Shown here: positions 1-9,538 of the stretch, piece after piece
How positions within the stretch are numbered: position 1 is the first letter of the stretch
Layout of the letters: each line of letters begins with the position of its first letter
Source of the DNA: an uncultured delta proteobacterium
GTDB taxonomy: Bacteria > Myxococcota_A > Polyangia > Polyangiales > Polyangiaceae
Direction: 5' to 3'
DNA: 64,000 nt
NCBI GenBank assembly: GCA_963716725.1
Contig: CAVQUB010000005.1
Location: 672,001-736,000 of the forward strand
Notes under the pieces: model-generated
What the model saw: only the letters and a program-made list of their open reading frames with translations
What the model was told of the DNA's origin: nothing
The model's database searches: none
Position numbers and translations under genes: made by a program

Positions 1-2
1 GC

Positions 3-596
3 AACGGTCTGGGTGCGAACGTGGTCGTGCGGGTTCCCGATCAGTTCGATGGACCGATCACCATCGTGAACAAGGGCGGCGGACCCATCAACAACTTCGA
101 CGTCAAGGTCCAGGCCGTGGGCCGGGCCACCGCGCTCGCGGTCACCAACCAGTCGTCGCTGGGCGCGTGCTTCATCCAGGGCGCGCCGACTGTGCGAAGC
201 ACCACCGTGCAATGCGGCGCCGGCGTCAGCGTGTTCGACGTCAGCGACGAGGTGAACCTCACGAACCTCGATCAGAGCCACGATGGCCCCAACCCCGCCA
301 TCACGCTGCGGCTCGCGGCGGTGAACCCAGGCAGTCGGGGCGGTCGCGTCTCGAGCGCGTCGGGCAGCGTTGCGGTCACCTTCCCGCGGACCCTGGGATT
401 TGTCGTCAACGCGAAATCTCCCGTCAAGGGCACGGTCAACGACGGCGCGCTGCCGCCGAGCTGTCAGCGCCAGGGCGCAGCCAATCAGAAGACCGTCGCC
501 TGCGGCGCGGGCCCGACCTACGAGGTCGTGGCGGGCACTCAGCCCAGCAGCTTGGGCCAGCCCCGGGACCACGACGTCGTGCTCGCCGCGCAGTAG
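3..596 (+). CDS. Hypothetical exported protein, C-terminal part (5' end outside window)
   Basis: Frame is open from the window edge (NGLGANVVVRVP...) to TAG at 594-596; Asn/Gly/Val-rich beta-type composition. Confidence 0.6.
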   Translation, partial: NGLGANVVVRVPDQFDGPITIVNKGGGPINNFDVKVQAVGRATALAVTNQSSLGACFIQGAPTVRSTTVQCGAGVSVFDVSDEVNLTNLDQSHDGPNPAITLRLAAVNPGSRGGRVSSASGSVAVTFPRTLGFVVNAKSPVKGTVNDGALPPSCQRQGAANQKTVACGAGPTYEVVAGTQPSSLGQPRDHDVVLAAQ

Positions 597-644
597 TCGT
601 CAATCTCGCGCCGCCAGCCCAGCTGCGGTACGACGGGGCGGCCG

Positions 645-2588
645 ATGCTCGTCCTGGGCCACGCCGTCGTGCTTCTCTTGGTCGCCATCGCGGCAGTTTC
701 CGCGTCGTCGCTGGCGCGCTGGGCCAGGGTCGAGAGCGGCGCGGAGCACCTGCTCGCCACCATGCTCGGGGGCGCGGCGCTGCTGCTGCTTGGCATCCAT
801 GGCCTCGGCGTGGCCGGTGCGCTGTGGCCGACCACGCTCTTCGCCGCGGTCGCGGTCCTGGCGGTTGTGATCGTTGCGCTCACGCGGGACGGCGAGACCC
901 TGGCCGGCCGCTGGCTGAGCAGCGCCCGGGCGCTCGGGCAGAGCGTTGCCCGAGTCGTGCCCCTCGCGCGCGAGCTCCGCGAGGCCGGGCCCCTCGTCGT
1001 CATGGCGGCCGCCGTGCTCGTCGCCGCCATCGCCTGGGCCACGCTGTTGACCTACCTCTGTCCCTCCGACAGCTGGGACGGGGTTTGGTACCACGACCTG
1101 ATGGTGGGCTACGCCATCCAGCAGCACGGCTACGCTCCCATCGAGCTGCCGAGCCTGGGCATCGCTCCGCTGTTTCAGCAGGCCAACGGCTACCCGCGCA
1201 ACTCGGAGATGCTCTCGCTCTTCTTCGCGATCTACACCGGCCGCACGTGGCTCGAGCTGCCCAGCGTGATCGCGGCGATCCCGCTGGCGCTCACGACCTA
1301 TCTGTTCGTGCTCCGGGTCAGCCCCTCGAGCCGGGTGGCGGCGCTGGTGTGGGCGGCGGCCATCGTGGTGCTGCCGGGGGTGAGGCTGCAAATGCGTTCG
1401 ACCTACGTCGACAACGCCTTCGCGGCCTTCAATCTGGCGGCCTTCTACTTCGCCTCCGATCCAAAGCTCTGTCGTCGGCGCGCGGTCGTGGCGGCGCTCT
1501 GCTTCGGTCTCGCGCTGGGCACCAAGGGCATGGCGTTGCTTTCGGTGCCGCCCCTGGCGTTGCTCGCGGTGCTGGTGCTCGTGGTGCGGAGCGGGCGCCG
1601 CGAGCTCGGCAAGACCCTTGGGGTCATCGCCCTCGCCGGGCTCTTGGTGGTGGCCGTGGGGGGGGTCAGCTACCTCATGAGCTACTTGCGCTACGACAAT
1701 CCCTTCTGGCCCGTCACGGTGAAGGTCGGAGGCCTGAATTTCCCCGGCGCCGTTTCGACCGTCACGGTGATGGTCAGCGAGAAGGGCGACGTCATTGCCA
1801 ACCTGTTTGCGGTGCCCGTACCCGGGCGCGACTACGTCGATACCCGCGCGAGCGGTTACGGCATCGCCACCGGTGTGCTGCTCCTGCCGCTGGCTGCTCT
1901 GGGCGCACTGACGACGCTCTGGCGTTCGGGTCTGGCATTGGTGGCCAAAGCCCGCGAGCGCCGAGCGCTGACGGACGAAGAGCGCGGCACCTTGCTGCTG
2001 GCTGCCGTCGGCGCCATCGCCGCGTTCACGCTGTGGAAGTCTCCGGCGCTCTGGGGCGCGCGCTACAACCTGCATGGAATCGCGATGCTGATGGTGTTCG
2101 CGGCAGCGGCGGGCGCTCTGACACCCAAGGCCGAACTCTCGCGAGTCGGCGCAGCGGCGGCGGTGCTGGTCGCCAACGTGCTGATGTGGTTCTGGGCGGA
2201 GCCGGGCTGGGGAGTGAAGTGGGGCGAGGCCGTGGCCCGCCTCAGGAGCACTTCGTTGGAGCGCGAAGCCGAGTCGCCGCTCTTCGTGAAGCGGACCGTC
2301 CTCGCTCGCGACAGCGAGCTGGGCCGCGGGGATCTGGTGGTATGGAGCGGCAACCTCGATTTTGCATCGGCGCTGCACAACCGCAGCTACTCGAATCGGC
2401 TGAAGTACGTGGGGCAAGCCCCGGTGGACCACGCGGAAGCGGAGGGCGCGCGCTGGCTTGCCCTGCCAGCCGCGAGCGGCGAGGCCGCCCTGGCCCGATC
2501 GCGCGGCGATCGCTGGCAGTCCGTCGGGATGCTGCACAACCATCCGCAGATGCCGACGATGGTGTTCCGGAGTCTCTCGCGGCGTTAG
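645..2588 (+). CDS. GT-C fold integral membrane glycosyltransferase (ArnT/PMT-like)
   Basis: 647 aa with many TM helices; DSWDGVWYH acidic motif in first external loop, YPRN, YVDN, LGTK and DNPFWP motifs typical of the family. Confidence 0.7.
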   Translation: MLVLGHAVVLLLVAIAAVSASSLARWARVESGAEHLLATMLGGAALLLLGIHGLGVAGALWPTTLFAAVAVLAVVIVALTRDGETLAGRWLSSARALGQSVARVVPLARELREAGPLVVMAAAVLVAAIAWATLLTYLCPSDSWDGVWYHDLMVGYAIQQHGYAPIELPSLGIAPLFQQANGYPRNSEMLSLFFAIYTGRTWLELPSVIAAIPLALTTYLFVLRVSPSSRVAALVWAAAIVVLPGVRLQMRSTYVDNAFAAFNLAAFYFASDPKLCRRRAVVAALCFGLALGTKGMALLSVPPLALLAVLVLVVRSGRRELGKTLGVIALAGLLVVAVGGVSYLMSYLRYDNPFWPVTVKVGGLNFPGAVSTVTVMVSEKGDVIANLFAVPVPGRDYVDTRASGYGIATGVLLLPLAALGALTTLWRSGLALVAKARERRALTDEERGTLLLAAVGAIAAFTLWKSPALWGARYNLHGIAMLMVFAAAAGALTPKAELSRVGAAAAVLVANVLMWFWAEPGWGVKWGEAVARLRSTSLEREAESPLFVKRTVLARDSELGRGDLVVWSGNLDFASALHNRSYSNRLKYVGQAPVDHAEAEGARWLALPAASGEAALARSRGDRWQSVGMLHNHPQMPTMVFRSLSRR

Positions 2589-2621
2589 ACGTAGCGGCGC
2601 CGGCGGTGTAAGAACGCCGCG

Positions 2622-3914
2622 ATGCTTCGGTTCCCGGGCTGGAAGCGCGTCGTCCAGTCGATCCCCTTCCGGCTGCTGGTTGCGGCCCTCGTGCTCGCGG
2701 TGCACCTCGGGGCCTTCGCGCACATGGCGCAGAGTCGGTACGGCTTGCCCTTCAACTCTGCGCCCGGCGAGGCCCCCGCCCTCGAGGAAGTGACGCAGCA
2801 CCGGCCGACCAACTGGGATCGGCTGGTGGTGTCGCGCTGGGACGCGGCCCACTACATGTCCATCGCGATGCGAGGCTACTCGCAGTGCCCGTCGGGTTCG
2901 CTGGCTGGCACCGATCTGCGCCCCATCTTCACGCGCTGCGACATCACCTTCTATCCGGGGTACGGCCTGCTCGGCAAAGCCATGATGTGGGCGACTGGGT
3001 GGCCCATCGACTACTCGCTCTTCGCGGTCTCGCTGCTCTGCAGCTTCCTCTTCTTGTTCATCTGGACCGGGCGATCCGTGGTCGAGATCTTCGGTCTGCG
3101 GGTGACCTGGCTCGCCTTCCTGCTCTTCAACGCGTTCTCGACGGGCTACACGCTGGTGGCCATCCTGACCGAGCCGCCGGCGTTGCTCTTCACGCTCTGT
3201 GCGTTCTTGGCGCTGCGCCGACGCTGGTGGCTGCTGGGCGCCATCTTCGCTGGCGCCGCCACCGGCTTGAGGATCAACGCCGCGAGTACGGGCCTCGCGT
3301 TCGCGCTGACCGTCTTCGTCTCGTTGTTCGTGCTCCGCCCCAAGGGCATCTGGGACTGGTTTTCCCGCATCGTGGCCTTGCCGGTCTCGGGCTGGGGCGT
3401 GATGAGCATGATGGGCTATCACTGGTGGCGCTTCGGCGATCCGCTGCTCTACTCCAACGCGCACTCTCAGGCCTACGCGCATTCCGCGGATCCGCTGACC
3501 GCGCTCACGCCCAAGCTGCTCTGGATCTTGCGGGCCATCGACCACCCCCTGCACGAGGGCGTGGTCGTGCTGCTGGTGACCATCGGCTTTTTGCTGGGTC
3601 ACCGGCGCGCGATGCGCGGCGTGCTCTTGCCCGAGCAGGTCTTCTTCTACGCTCAAGCGGGCTTCTGCATGGCGATCAGCCTCTTGGGCTCCTCCGGCAT
3701 CGCCTTCGCCGGGCTCAATCGCTACACGCTGATGGCGCTGCTCGTGTTCTTTGCCATCGCGGCGGCGTTGCAGCGACGTCCGCTGCTGCTGGCCGTCTGG
3801 CTCGCGGCGAGCCTGTTCCACTATTGGCAGGTGGACATGTGCGACTTCATCGGCGGCGTCGGGCCCAATAGATTGGTCAAGTGCCACGTGCCGCAGTGGC
3901 TCAAGAGTTGGTGA
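2622..3914 (+). CDS. PIG-V-like (GT-C) mannosyltransferase-family membrane protein
   Basis: RWDAAHY, FYPGY and TEP motifs with multi-TM topology. Confidence 0.75.
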   Translation: MLRFPGWKRVVQSIPFRLLVAALVLAVHLGAFAHMAQSRYGLPFNSAPGEAPALEEVTQHRPTNWDRLVVSRWDAAHYMSIAMRGYSQCPSGSLAGTDLRPIFTRCDITFYPGYGLLGKAMMWATGWPIDYSLFAVSLLCSFLFLFIWTGRSVVEIFGLRVTWLAFLLFNAFSTGYTLVAILTEPPALLFTLCAFLALRRRWWLLGAIFAGAATGLRINAASTGLAFALTVFVSLFVLRPKGIWDWFSRIVALPVSGWGVMSMMGYHWWRFGDPLLYSNAHSQAYAHSADPLTALTPKLLWILRAIDHPLHEGVVVLLVTIGFLLGHRRAMRGVLLPEQVFFYAQAGFCMAISLLGSSGIAFAGLNRYTLMALLVFFAIAAALQRRPLLLAVWLAASLFHYWQVDMCDFIGGVGPNRLVKCHVPQWLKSW

Positions 3915-3966
3915 CGCCGACGCTTCCAAGGCCGGGGTGAAAGTGCCAGTATCCCGGCACACACCG

Positions 3967-4753
3967 ATGCCCGCCGTGACCCAACACCTGCTGCGGCTGG
4001 CGCGCCTTCCGGCCGACTTCGTCGACATGCACTTGACCTGGCAGCGGCGAGTGCTGCCGCCCGTGGCGCCGCTGGCCCACGGCCGCCTGATCGACGTTGG
4101 CTGCGGCGAAAAGCCCTACCTGGAGCTGTTCGCGCCTTACGTCGACGAGCACGTCGGGGTCGAATACGGGACGGCGTTCGAGCTCACCGACGCCGCGCAT
4201 CGTGAGAGAAAACCCGATCTCTACTACGACGGCGTGACGCTGCCCTTTCCCGACGCGAGCTTCGACACGGCCATCAACATCGACGTGCTGGAGCACACCG
4301 AGGACCCGGCGACGGTGGTGAAGGAGATCGGTCGAGTGCTGAAGGGTGGGGGGAGTCTTGATCATGACCGCGCCCTTCTCGTTTCGCATTCACGAAGCGC
4401 CCCACGACTACTTCCGATTCTCCCCCCACGGGCTCCGACTGCTGTGTGAACGAGCGGGTTTCGAGATCGAGACCATGCAGCCCTACGGCTCGCTCCCGAG
4501 CCTGATCGCGCACAAGGTCAACAGCTACCTCGCTTTCCGAGTGGCGCGCCTCCAGGCCCTGGGCCAGCTGGTCGGCAAGTTGCCCCACGAAGCCACCACC
4601 CGCTCGGGACCCAACCTGGCGGCGCTGCCCCTGGTCGTACCCGCGATGCTCCTGACCGCCGCCACCGCCCGCGTGCTCGAGCACGTCGTGAAGGATCCCA
4701 CCGAGAGCTTGGGCTACCTGGTGGTGGCGCGGCGCCGCTCGACCGCAGGCTGA
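3967..4753 (+). CDS. Class I SAM-dependent methyltransferase, frameshifted at G6 run 4348-4353
   Basis: LIDVGCGEKPY, LPFPDASFD and VLEH in one frame; GGVLIMTAPF...HEAPHDYFRFS in the next; removing one G joins them. Confidence 0.75.
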
Positions 4754-4763
4754 GCCCCGACTC

Positions 4764-4790
4764 AAGAGCTGTCGAAATTCGACAGCTCTT
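4764..4790. terminator. Perfect 13-bp inverted repeat, terminator-like or protein-binding palindrome
   Basis: AAGAGCTGTCGAA-A-TTCGACAGCTCTT, 10 bp after the methyltransferase stop and followed by TCACTTT. Confidence 0.55.
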
Positions 4791-4803
4791 TCACTTTGTC
4801 ATC

Positions 4804-4887
4804 GGGGAGGCACGCGCCTCCCCGCCCCACCGAAGTGAATTCGTTGGGGCCCCACCCCACGCGACGCGCTTCGCGATACCCGACGGG
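4804..4887. repeat. Cluster of GC-rich hairpins (REP-like) forming the IS insertion site
   Basis: GGGGAGGC-ACGC-GCCTCCCC; GCCCCAcCGAA-GTGAA-TTCGtTGGGGC; CCCACCCC pairs with GGGGTGGG on the far side of the IS. Confidence 0.5.
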
Positions 4888-6354
4888 CTCATGATCAAAC
4901 ACATCTCATTGCGAGCGGACGGCGCGTGTGATCTACGGGAGAAATGCCGGCAACAGAATGGTTAGGGCGGTCGATTTCGGACGAGTTCGAGGGCTCTCAG
5001 CTCGGCGATAAGCGGCGCAGTGACAGGCTCGGTTGGCTCGCTGAGAAACTGATGGCGGCGCCCGGTGTTGGGTTTCCGCAGGCTGTCGACACTCCGTCCG
5101 AGCTTGAGGGAGTCTACCGATTCCTGCGCAACGAGCAGTTCGACGCGGAGCAGATCCTTGACCCGCACCTGTCGGCGACGGTGGAGCGTGTGAGTTCCGC
5201 TGGCCTGTGTATCGTCGCGCACGATACGACCGAAGTATCGCTCGGCGGCGCCAGTCGGCGAGCTGGGTTGGGCGTCACGTCCGGCGGCAGCCAGGGGTTT
5301 CTCGCACACGTGGCGCTGGCCGTGCTTCCCGGCGAGGAGCGAGTGCCACTCGGAGTTCTGGGTCTACAGCGACACGTCCGCCTCGTACACAAGGGTGGAC
5401 GCGGGCGCCGCCGGTCTGTCAGTCGGAGAGACCCCGAGCGCGAATCACTGCGCTGGCCGGCCATGCTCGAGGCCGTCCATGCACGCTGCCCCGGCAGCGC
5501 GCTCATTCACGTGATGGACCGCGAAGCGGACATTTTCGAGGTCCTGGCGAAGGCGCAGGAACTCGGTGCGCGCTACGTCATCCGTTCGGCTCACGACCGA
5601 GTAACTGAGGAAATAGGCATCTGCTTGCGCAGTGCAATCTCAACGCTCGAACCGCAGTTTTTTCGCACGATCTCGGTGTCATCGAGGAAACCGAGCAGTC
5701 GCGCGCATGCTGCAAAAGAGCACCCGTCTCGCAACGCCCGGAGCGCGGAGGTCGCCGTGGCAGGCAAACGTTTGACTGTGCTGCGCCCCCGCAACACTCG
5801 ACATGAGACGCGCAGCATCGAACTCAACGTGGTTCGAGTCTGGGAACTCCAACCACCAGAAGGCGAGCCGTCGGTCGAGTGGGTGCTGCTCACTACCGAA
5901 CCCATTGACACCGTCGCCGAACTCGCGACCGTCGTGGACTGTTACCGCAGTCGGTGGGTGATCGAAGAGTTCTTCAAGGCACTCAAGCAAGGGTGTTCTC
6001 TCGAGAAACGACAGCTCGAGTCGTATCAGGCACTGAGCAACGCGCTCGCCGTGTTCCTGCCCATCGCCTGGCGCCTGTTGCTCATGCGCTCGTTAGCCCG
6101 CGTCGCACCCGAGCAACCGGCAACAACGATCCTGAGTGAGCCCCAGTTGCTCCTCATAAAGTTCAAGCTCCGCCTCCCGGCCGTCCCGCAGACCATTGAG
6201 CAAGCGCTATTCGCTGTCGCGCGACTCGGCGGGCATCTGAAGAACAACGGCGCACCCGGGTGGCAAACGTTAGGACGGGGCTACCAGAAGCTCCTCGACT
6301 ACGAGATCGGCTTCCGAGCTGCCCGGTCCCAGATGGGATCCGATCAATCATGAG
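4888..6354 (+). mobile_element. IS4-family (IS50/Tn5-like) insertion sequence, apparently intact
   Basis: 19-bp ends CTCATGATCAAACACATCT (4888-4906) and CTCATGATTGATCGGATCC (reverse complement of 6336-6354); 8-bp direct repeat CCGACGGG at 4880-4887 and 6355-6362. Confidence 0.9.
4944..6353 (+). CDS. IS4-family DDE transposase
   Basis: LGDKRRSDRL N-terminal motif, HDTT, DREAD, YRSRWVIEEFFKALK (YREK signature), LGG...PGWQTL. Confidence 0.95.
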   Translation: MPATEWLGRSISDEFEGSQLGDKRRSDRLGWLAEKLMAAPGVGFPQAVDTPSELEGVYRFLRNEQFDAEQILDPHLSATVERVSSAGLCIVAHDTTEVSLGGASRRAGLGVTSGGSQGFLAHVALAVLPGEERVPLGVLGLQRHVRLVHKGGRGRRRSVSRRDPERESLRWPAMLEAVHARCPGSALIHVMDREADIFEVLAKAQELGARYVIRSAHDRVTEEIGICLRSAISTLEPQFFRTISVSSRKPSSRAHAAKEHPSRNARSAEVAVAGKRLTVLRPRNTRHETRSIELNVVRVWELQPPEGEPSVEWVLLTTEPIDTVAELATVVDCYRSRWVIEEFFKALKQGCSLEKRQLESYQALSNALAVFLPIAWRLLLMRSLARVAPEQPATTILSEPQLLLIKFKLRLPAVPQTIEQALFAVARLGGHLKNNGAPGWQTLGRGYQKLLDYEIGFRAARSQMGSDQS

Positions 6355-6409
6355 CCGACGGGGTGGGCCGGCTCCGCCGGCCTGCGCTCCGCCATTCTTC
6401 GACAGACCT

Positions 6410-7393
6410 TCAGCGCGCCGGTCGACCGTAGATTTCGACCTCGCTCAGCGCGATGTAGGCGTTCTTTCGGTCCACGCGCACACGCACGTAGCGAGCGGTC
6501 TCGCCCTTCAAGCTCGCGGTCCAAGGCTGCTTGTGGGTGAAGGTGCCGTCTCGGGAGGCCGCGCGATCGAAGCTGCGAGCGTCCAGCGAGAGCTCGACCA
6601 CCAAGGGGAGCATGTCCGCGAAGTAGCCGTCCCCGCGGTTGTAGACCACGACGCGGCTGAGGCGATGTGGTTTGCCCAGGTCGATGGTGAACCAAGCCTT
6701 GCCATCGATCTCGGTGTGAGCCCCGAAGGTGTCCGTCACCGAACCATCGACGAGGCCGGCGGGCGGCGGCGTACCGGGCCACATGCTGCTGGCCGTGACG
6801 GGTCTTCCGCGGGCGAGGTTCTGCGGCAAGAACAGCCAGAGCGCCGCGGCGGCCAGCGTCCCCGCAAACGCAAGCGCGAGAGCGGCGAGCCGGAGCCAGC
6901 GCAGCACGCGGATGCGCCGACGGGTCCGCACTTCGTAGAGCTTGCGCACACGCCGCAGCGCGGCCGTGAGCAGGTCGACGGATTTCGTCCGCTCGGTAGG
7001 GCTCAGGCGATCCGTCACCGAGGCATCGTCGGCGACAAAGACCACGCGAAGCTCTGCGTAGTCCGCCGCAGGTCCCAGCGCCGGCAGCTCGCCCGAGTCG
7101 ATGAGCTGCATGAGCTCCGCGCTGCCGAGGGCGGTGCCCGCGGGGCGCGTGCCCCGACCGACGAGCGCCGCCGTGGTCGCGAGCCGCAGGGCCTGTCCGT
7201 ACAGCACGATGGCGACGGGGTCGAAATGCTCGTCTGCCGCCTCGCGGGCCATCTTCGCCCGAGCATTCACCCCGGTGGCCAATACACGCACCTCGCCCCG
7301 GGCGTCGTCCGTGCAGCCCTCGGCCAAGCGCTGCGCTTCACCGAGCCAGAACCACTCGCGGACGCTACGGAGCCAGTGCCTCACGATGAGCAA
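6410..7393 (-). CDS. Membrane-anchored discoidin (F5/8 type C)/fucolectin-like domain protein
   Basis: TM helix, then NLARGRPVTASS, WFTIDLG, VYNRGD, ARYVRV, LSEVEIYG; start approximate (TTG 7393). Confidence 0.75.
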   Translation of the reverse strand: MLIVRHWLRSVREWFWLGEAQRLAEGCTDDARGEVRVLATGVNARAKMAREAADEHFDPVAIVLYGQALRLATTAALVGRGTRPAGTALGSAELMQLIDSGELPALGPAADYAELRVVFVADDASVTDRLSPTERTKSVDLLTAALRRVRKLYEVRTRRRIRVLRWLRLAALALAFAGTLAAAALWLFLPQNLARGRPVTASSMWPGTPPPAGLVDGSVTDTFGAHTEIDGKAWFTIDLGKPHRLSRVVVYNRGDGYFADMLPLVVELSLDARSFDRAASRDGTFTHKQPWTASLKGETARYVRVRVDRKNAYIALSEVEIYGRPAR

Positions 7394-7443
7394 CCTCGGC
7401 CCGAGAGCGCGACCCCACTCTGACGCATCGCCGGCTGTGCCCC

Positions 7444-8784
7444 TCAGCTCCGCCGGCAATCGAAGCGGCTCTGGGGGCCGCCCACCCGCTGACCGTGCCC
7501 AAACGCGCCGGCGATGCGGATGTACGTCCACAGCACGCCGCGGACCTTGGCGAGCTTCGAGACGCCCATGCGTTCTTTGTAGTCGATGGGAAACTCGACG
7601 ACCTTGTAGCCGCTCTTGGCCGGCAAGATCAGCGTGTCGAGCGGGATGGCGTCGCCCGACCCGTCGAAAGAAAACCCCCGGATGACCGACGAGCGGTAGC
7701 CGCGCATCCCGCTGTGCACGTCCGTCGTCGGCAGACCGTGCGCCACCTGGGCAGAAGCGGCCATGAAGCGATTCGCGAGGAAATTCTGGAGCGGCATGGC
7801 GTCTTGGAACTTCGCCGTGCGACTGGCATTGACCACGTCGGCGCCGTCTTCGAGCACCTTGCGGATGACCGGGATCTTGTCGATCGGGTAGGTGAAATCG
7901 CAGTCCAGGTAGATGAGCGCGTCGCTGTCCTGCGCGGCCTCGTACATCAGGCGCTCCATGGCCGGGCCATGGCCTTGTGGCGGCAGCTGCCGTACCACCC
8001 GGGCTCCCTTGGCCTTCGCTAGCTCCGGCGTCCGGTCGCTCGAGCTGTCGATCAGCAGGATCTTCGCGTCCGGCGCCACCGCGCGGATATCGTCGATCAT
8101 GCGCTCGACGCTCTCGATCTCGTTGAGCGTCAGCATGCCCACGGTCAGCGAGAGGGGACCGCGCTTCGGGGGAACGCGCGCTACGAACACGTGGTCCGCC
8201 GCGAACCGGTCGGGGTCGCGCATGGCGACGAGCTTTTCCATGGGCCGCGCGAGTTGCCGCGTGGTGCGGAACGAGGTGGTGTACCGGATGCGCAGGTCGT
8301 CCACGGCCTTCGCGGTTCGAGTCAGCTCGGCCCGGAGGAAGCGCGGGTTCATGTCGTAGCGCATCACCTCGAACCCTGCCGTCTCGAGCGCCGCCCGGAC
8401 CGCGGCTCGAGTCGGACCGGCTTGGGCCTCGAACGAGACGACCAGGTGACCCCCGTCGACCAGATGTGAGCGTGCGTCCTCGAACAACGCCACGAGGCTG
8501 GGTACGCGCTCGCAACCACCTTCGATGGCCACCAAATCGAAGCTTCGCCCCTCGGCAGGGCGAAACAGATCGGGCTGTGTCAGATCGACCGCGTGCACTT
8601 CTGGCACTAGATCCATGGCTCGATCGAGCAGCTCGTCGCAGCCCTCGAGGGCGACGACCTTGGTGCCGAGAGTGCGGAGCGCGGTGGCACTCTCGGCGAC
8701 GCCGAGGCCGACGAAGAGCGCGGTGCGCGGCCGACCCAGGTTCTCGACCAGGGCGAAATTCATTTCCTTCAGAAGGGGGACCAT
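7444..8784 (-). CDS. Methyltransferase-like domain fused to GT2 (polyprenol-phosphate sugar synthase-like) glycosyltransferase
   Basis: TLNE, IDSSSDRT, LDCDFTYP (DxD), DVHSGMRGY, YKERMGVSK; degenerate Rossmann MTase N-terminal domain. Confidence 0.8.
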   Translation of the reverse strand: MVPLLKEMNFALVENLGRPRTALFVGLGVAESATALRTLGTKVVALEGCDELLDRAMDLVPEVHAVDLTQPDLFRPAEGRSFDLVAIEGGCERVPSLVALFEDARSHLVDGGHLVVSFEAQAGPTRAAVRAALETAGFEVMRYDMNPRFLRAELTRTAKAVDDLRIRYTTSFRTTRQLARPMEKLVAMRDPDRFAADHVFVARVPPKRGPLSLTVGMLTLNEIESVERMIDDIRAVAPDAKILLIDSSSDRTPELAKAKGARVVRQLPPQGHGPAMERLMYEAAQDSDALIYLDCDFTYPIDKIPVIRKVLEDGADVVNASRTAKFQDAMPLQNFLANRFMAASAQVAHGLPTTDVHSGMRGYRSSVIRGFSFDGSGDAIPLDTLILPAKSGYKVVEFPIDYKERMGVSKLAKVRGVLWTYIRIAGAFGHGQRVGGPQSRFDCRRS

Positions 8785-8855
8785 TGGGACCGGCGGCTCA
8801 TAACATGGTCTAAATCCGCGGTCGCGATCCGCGTTCCGTCCCGGGGATCCAGCCC

Positions 8856-9485
8856 TCAAGCGCTTCGGAACGGCACCAGCTTGGCCGTGAACTGCAGCTC
8901 GGACCAAGCCACCAGGCGCCAGGGCAGGTCGTGCATCTTCATCGGCCAGCTGAGTTCGGCGATACGGGCGCCGGCAGCTTCGGCCATCTCGACCCAGCGG
9001 TTGGGCGAGAAGTAGGTGCCACGAACGTGGATGGCCTCTTTGGCGTTACCGAAGAGGTCCATGAAATGCAGGATCTTGTGGCTCAGCGGACCGAAGGCAA
9101 AGTGGTCCTTCACGACCACCATGTGCTTGGCCACCCGCACGCACTCGCTCAGCACGGCCACAGGATCCTCGCAGTGGTGCAGCACGTCGACGATCATCAC
9201 GGCATCGAAGGACTGATCCGCGTGGGGCAGCGACTTGCCGTCGTAGAGCTTCACGTCGATGTACTTCTCGCGTCGGAACACCACGTCGACACCTTCGATG
9301 CGCGTGGCCCCGACCCGCTTGCCGACTTCCAGGGTCAGCGCGCCGTTTCCGCAGCCCACGTCCAGCAGCGAGCTCGCCGCGCCGATGTGAGTCGCCAGCG
9401 CCGACGAGATGCGCGCGTTGCGCGGCGCCGGATTGGTCCGGTGGTAGTGGTCGAAGACGACTCGGAAGGGGTTCAGACTCGCCAT
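8856..9485 (-). CDS. Class I SAM-dependent methyltransferase
   Basis: [26 protein letters not shown]. Confidence 0.9.
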   Translation of the reverse strand: MASLNPFRVVFDHYHRTNPAPRNARISSALATHIGAASSLLDVGCGNGALTLEVGKRVGATRIEGVDVVFRREKYIDVKLYDGKSLPHADQSFDAVMIVDVLHHCEDPVAVLSECVRVAKHMVVVKDHFAFGPLSHKILHFMDLFGNAKEAIHVRGTYFSPNRWVEMAEAAGARIAELSWPMKMHDLPWRLVAWSELQFTAKLVPFRSA

Positions 9486-9538
9486 CGCGCGGGATTGGGT
9501 AGCAGGGCGGCGCGGCGCTGGCCAGCGCGTTCAACGCA

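Noticed and set aside
167..4028. Very long alternative-frame ORFs (167-2611 +, 600-4028 -), and similarly 16822-19935, 35140-38085, 40186-42489
   Set aside because: Shadow ORFs of GC-rich genes; Arg/Ala/Gly-rich with no motifs, overlapping well-supported genes
4348..4353. G6 frameshift in the methyltransferase as phase variation
   Set aside because: Run is short, and similar single-base indels (38145, 52313-52978) point to read or assembly error
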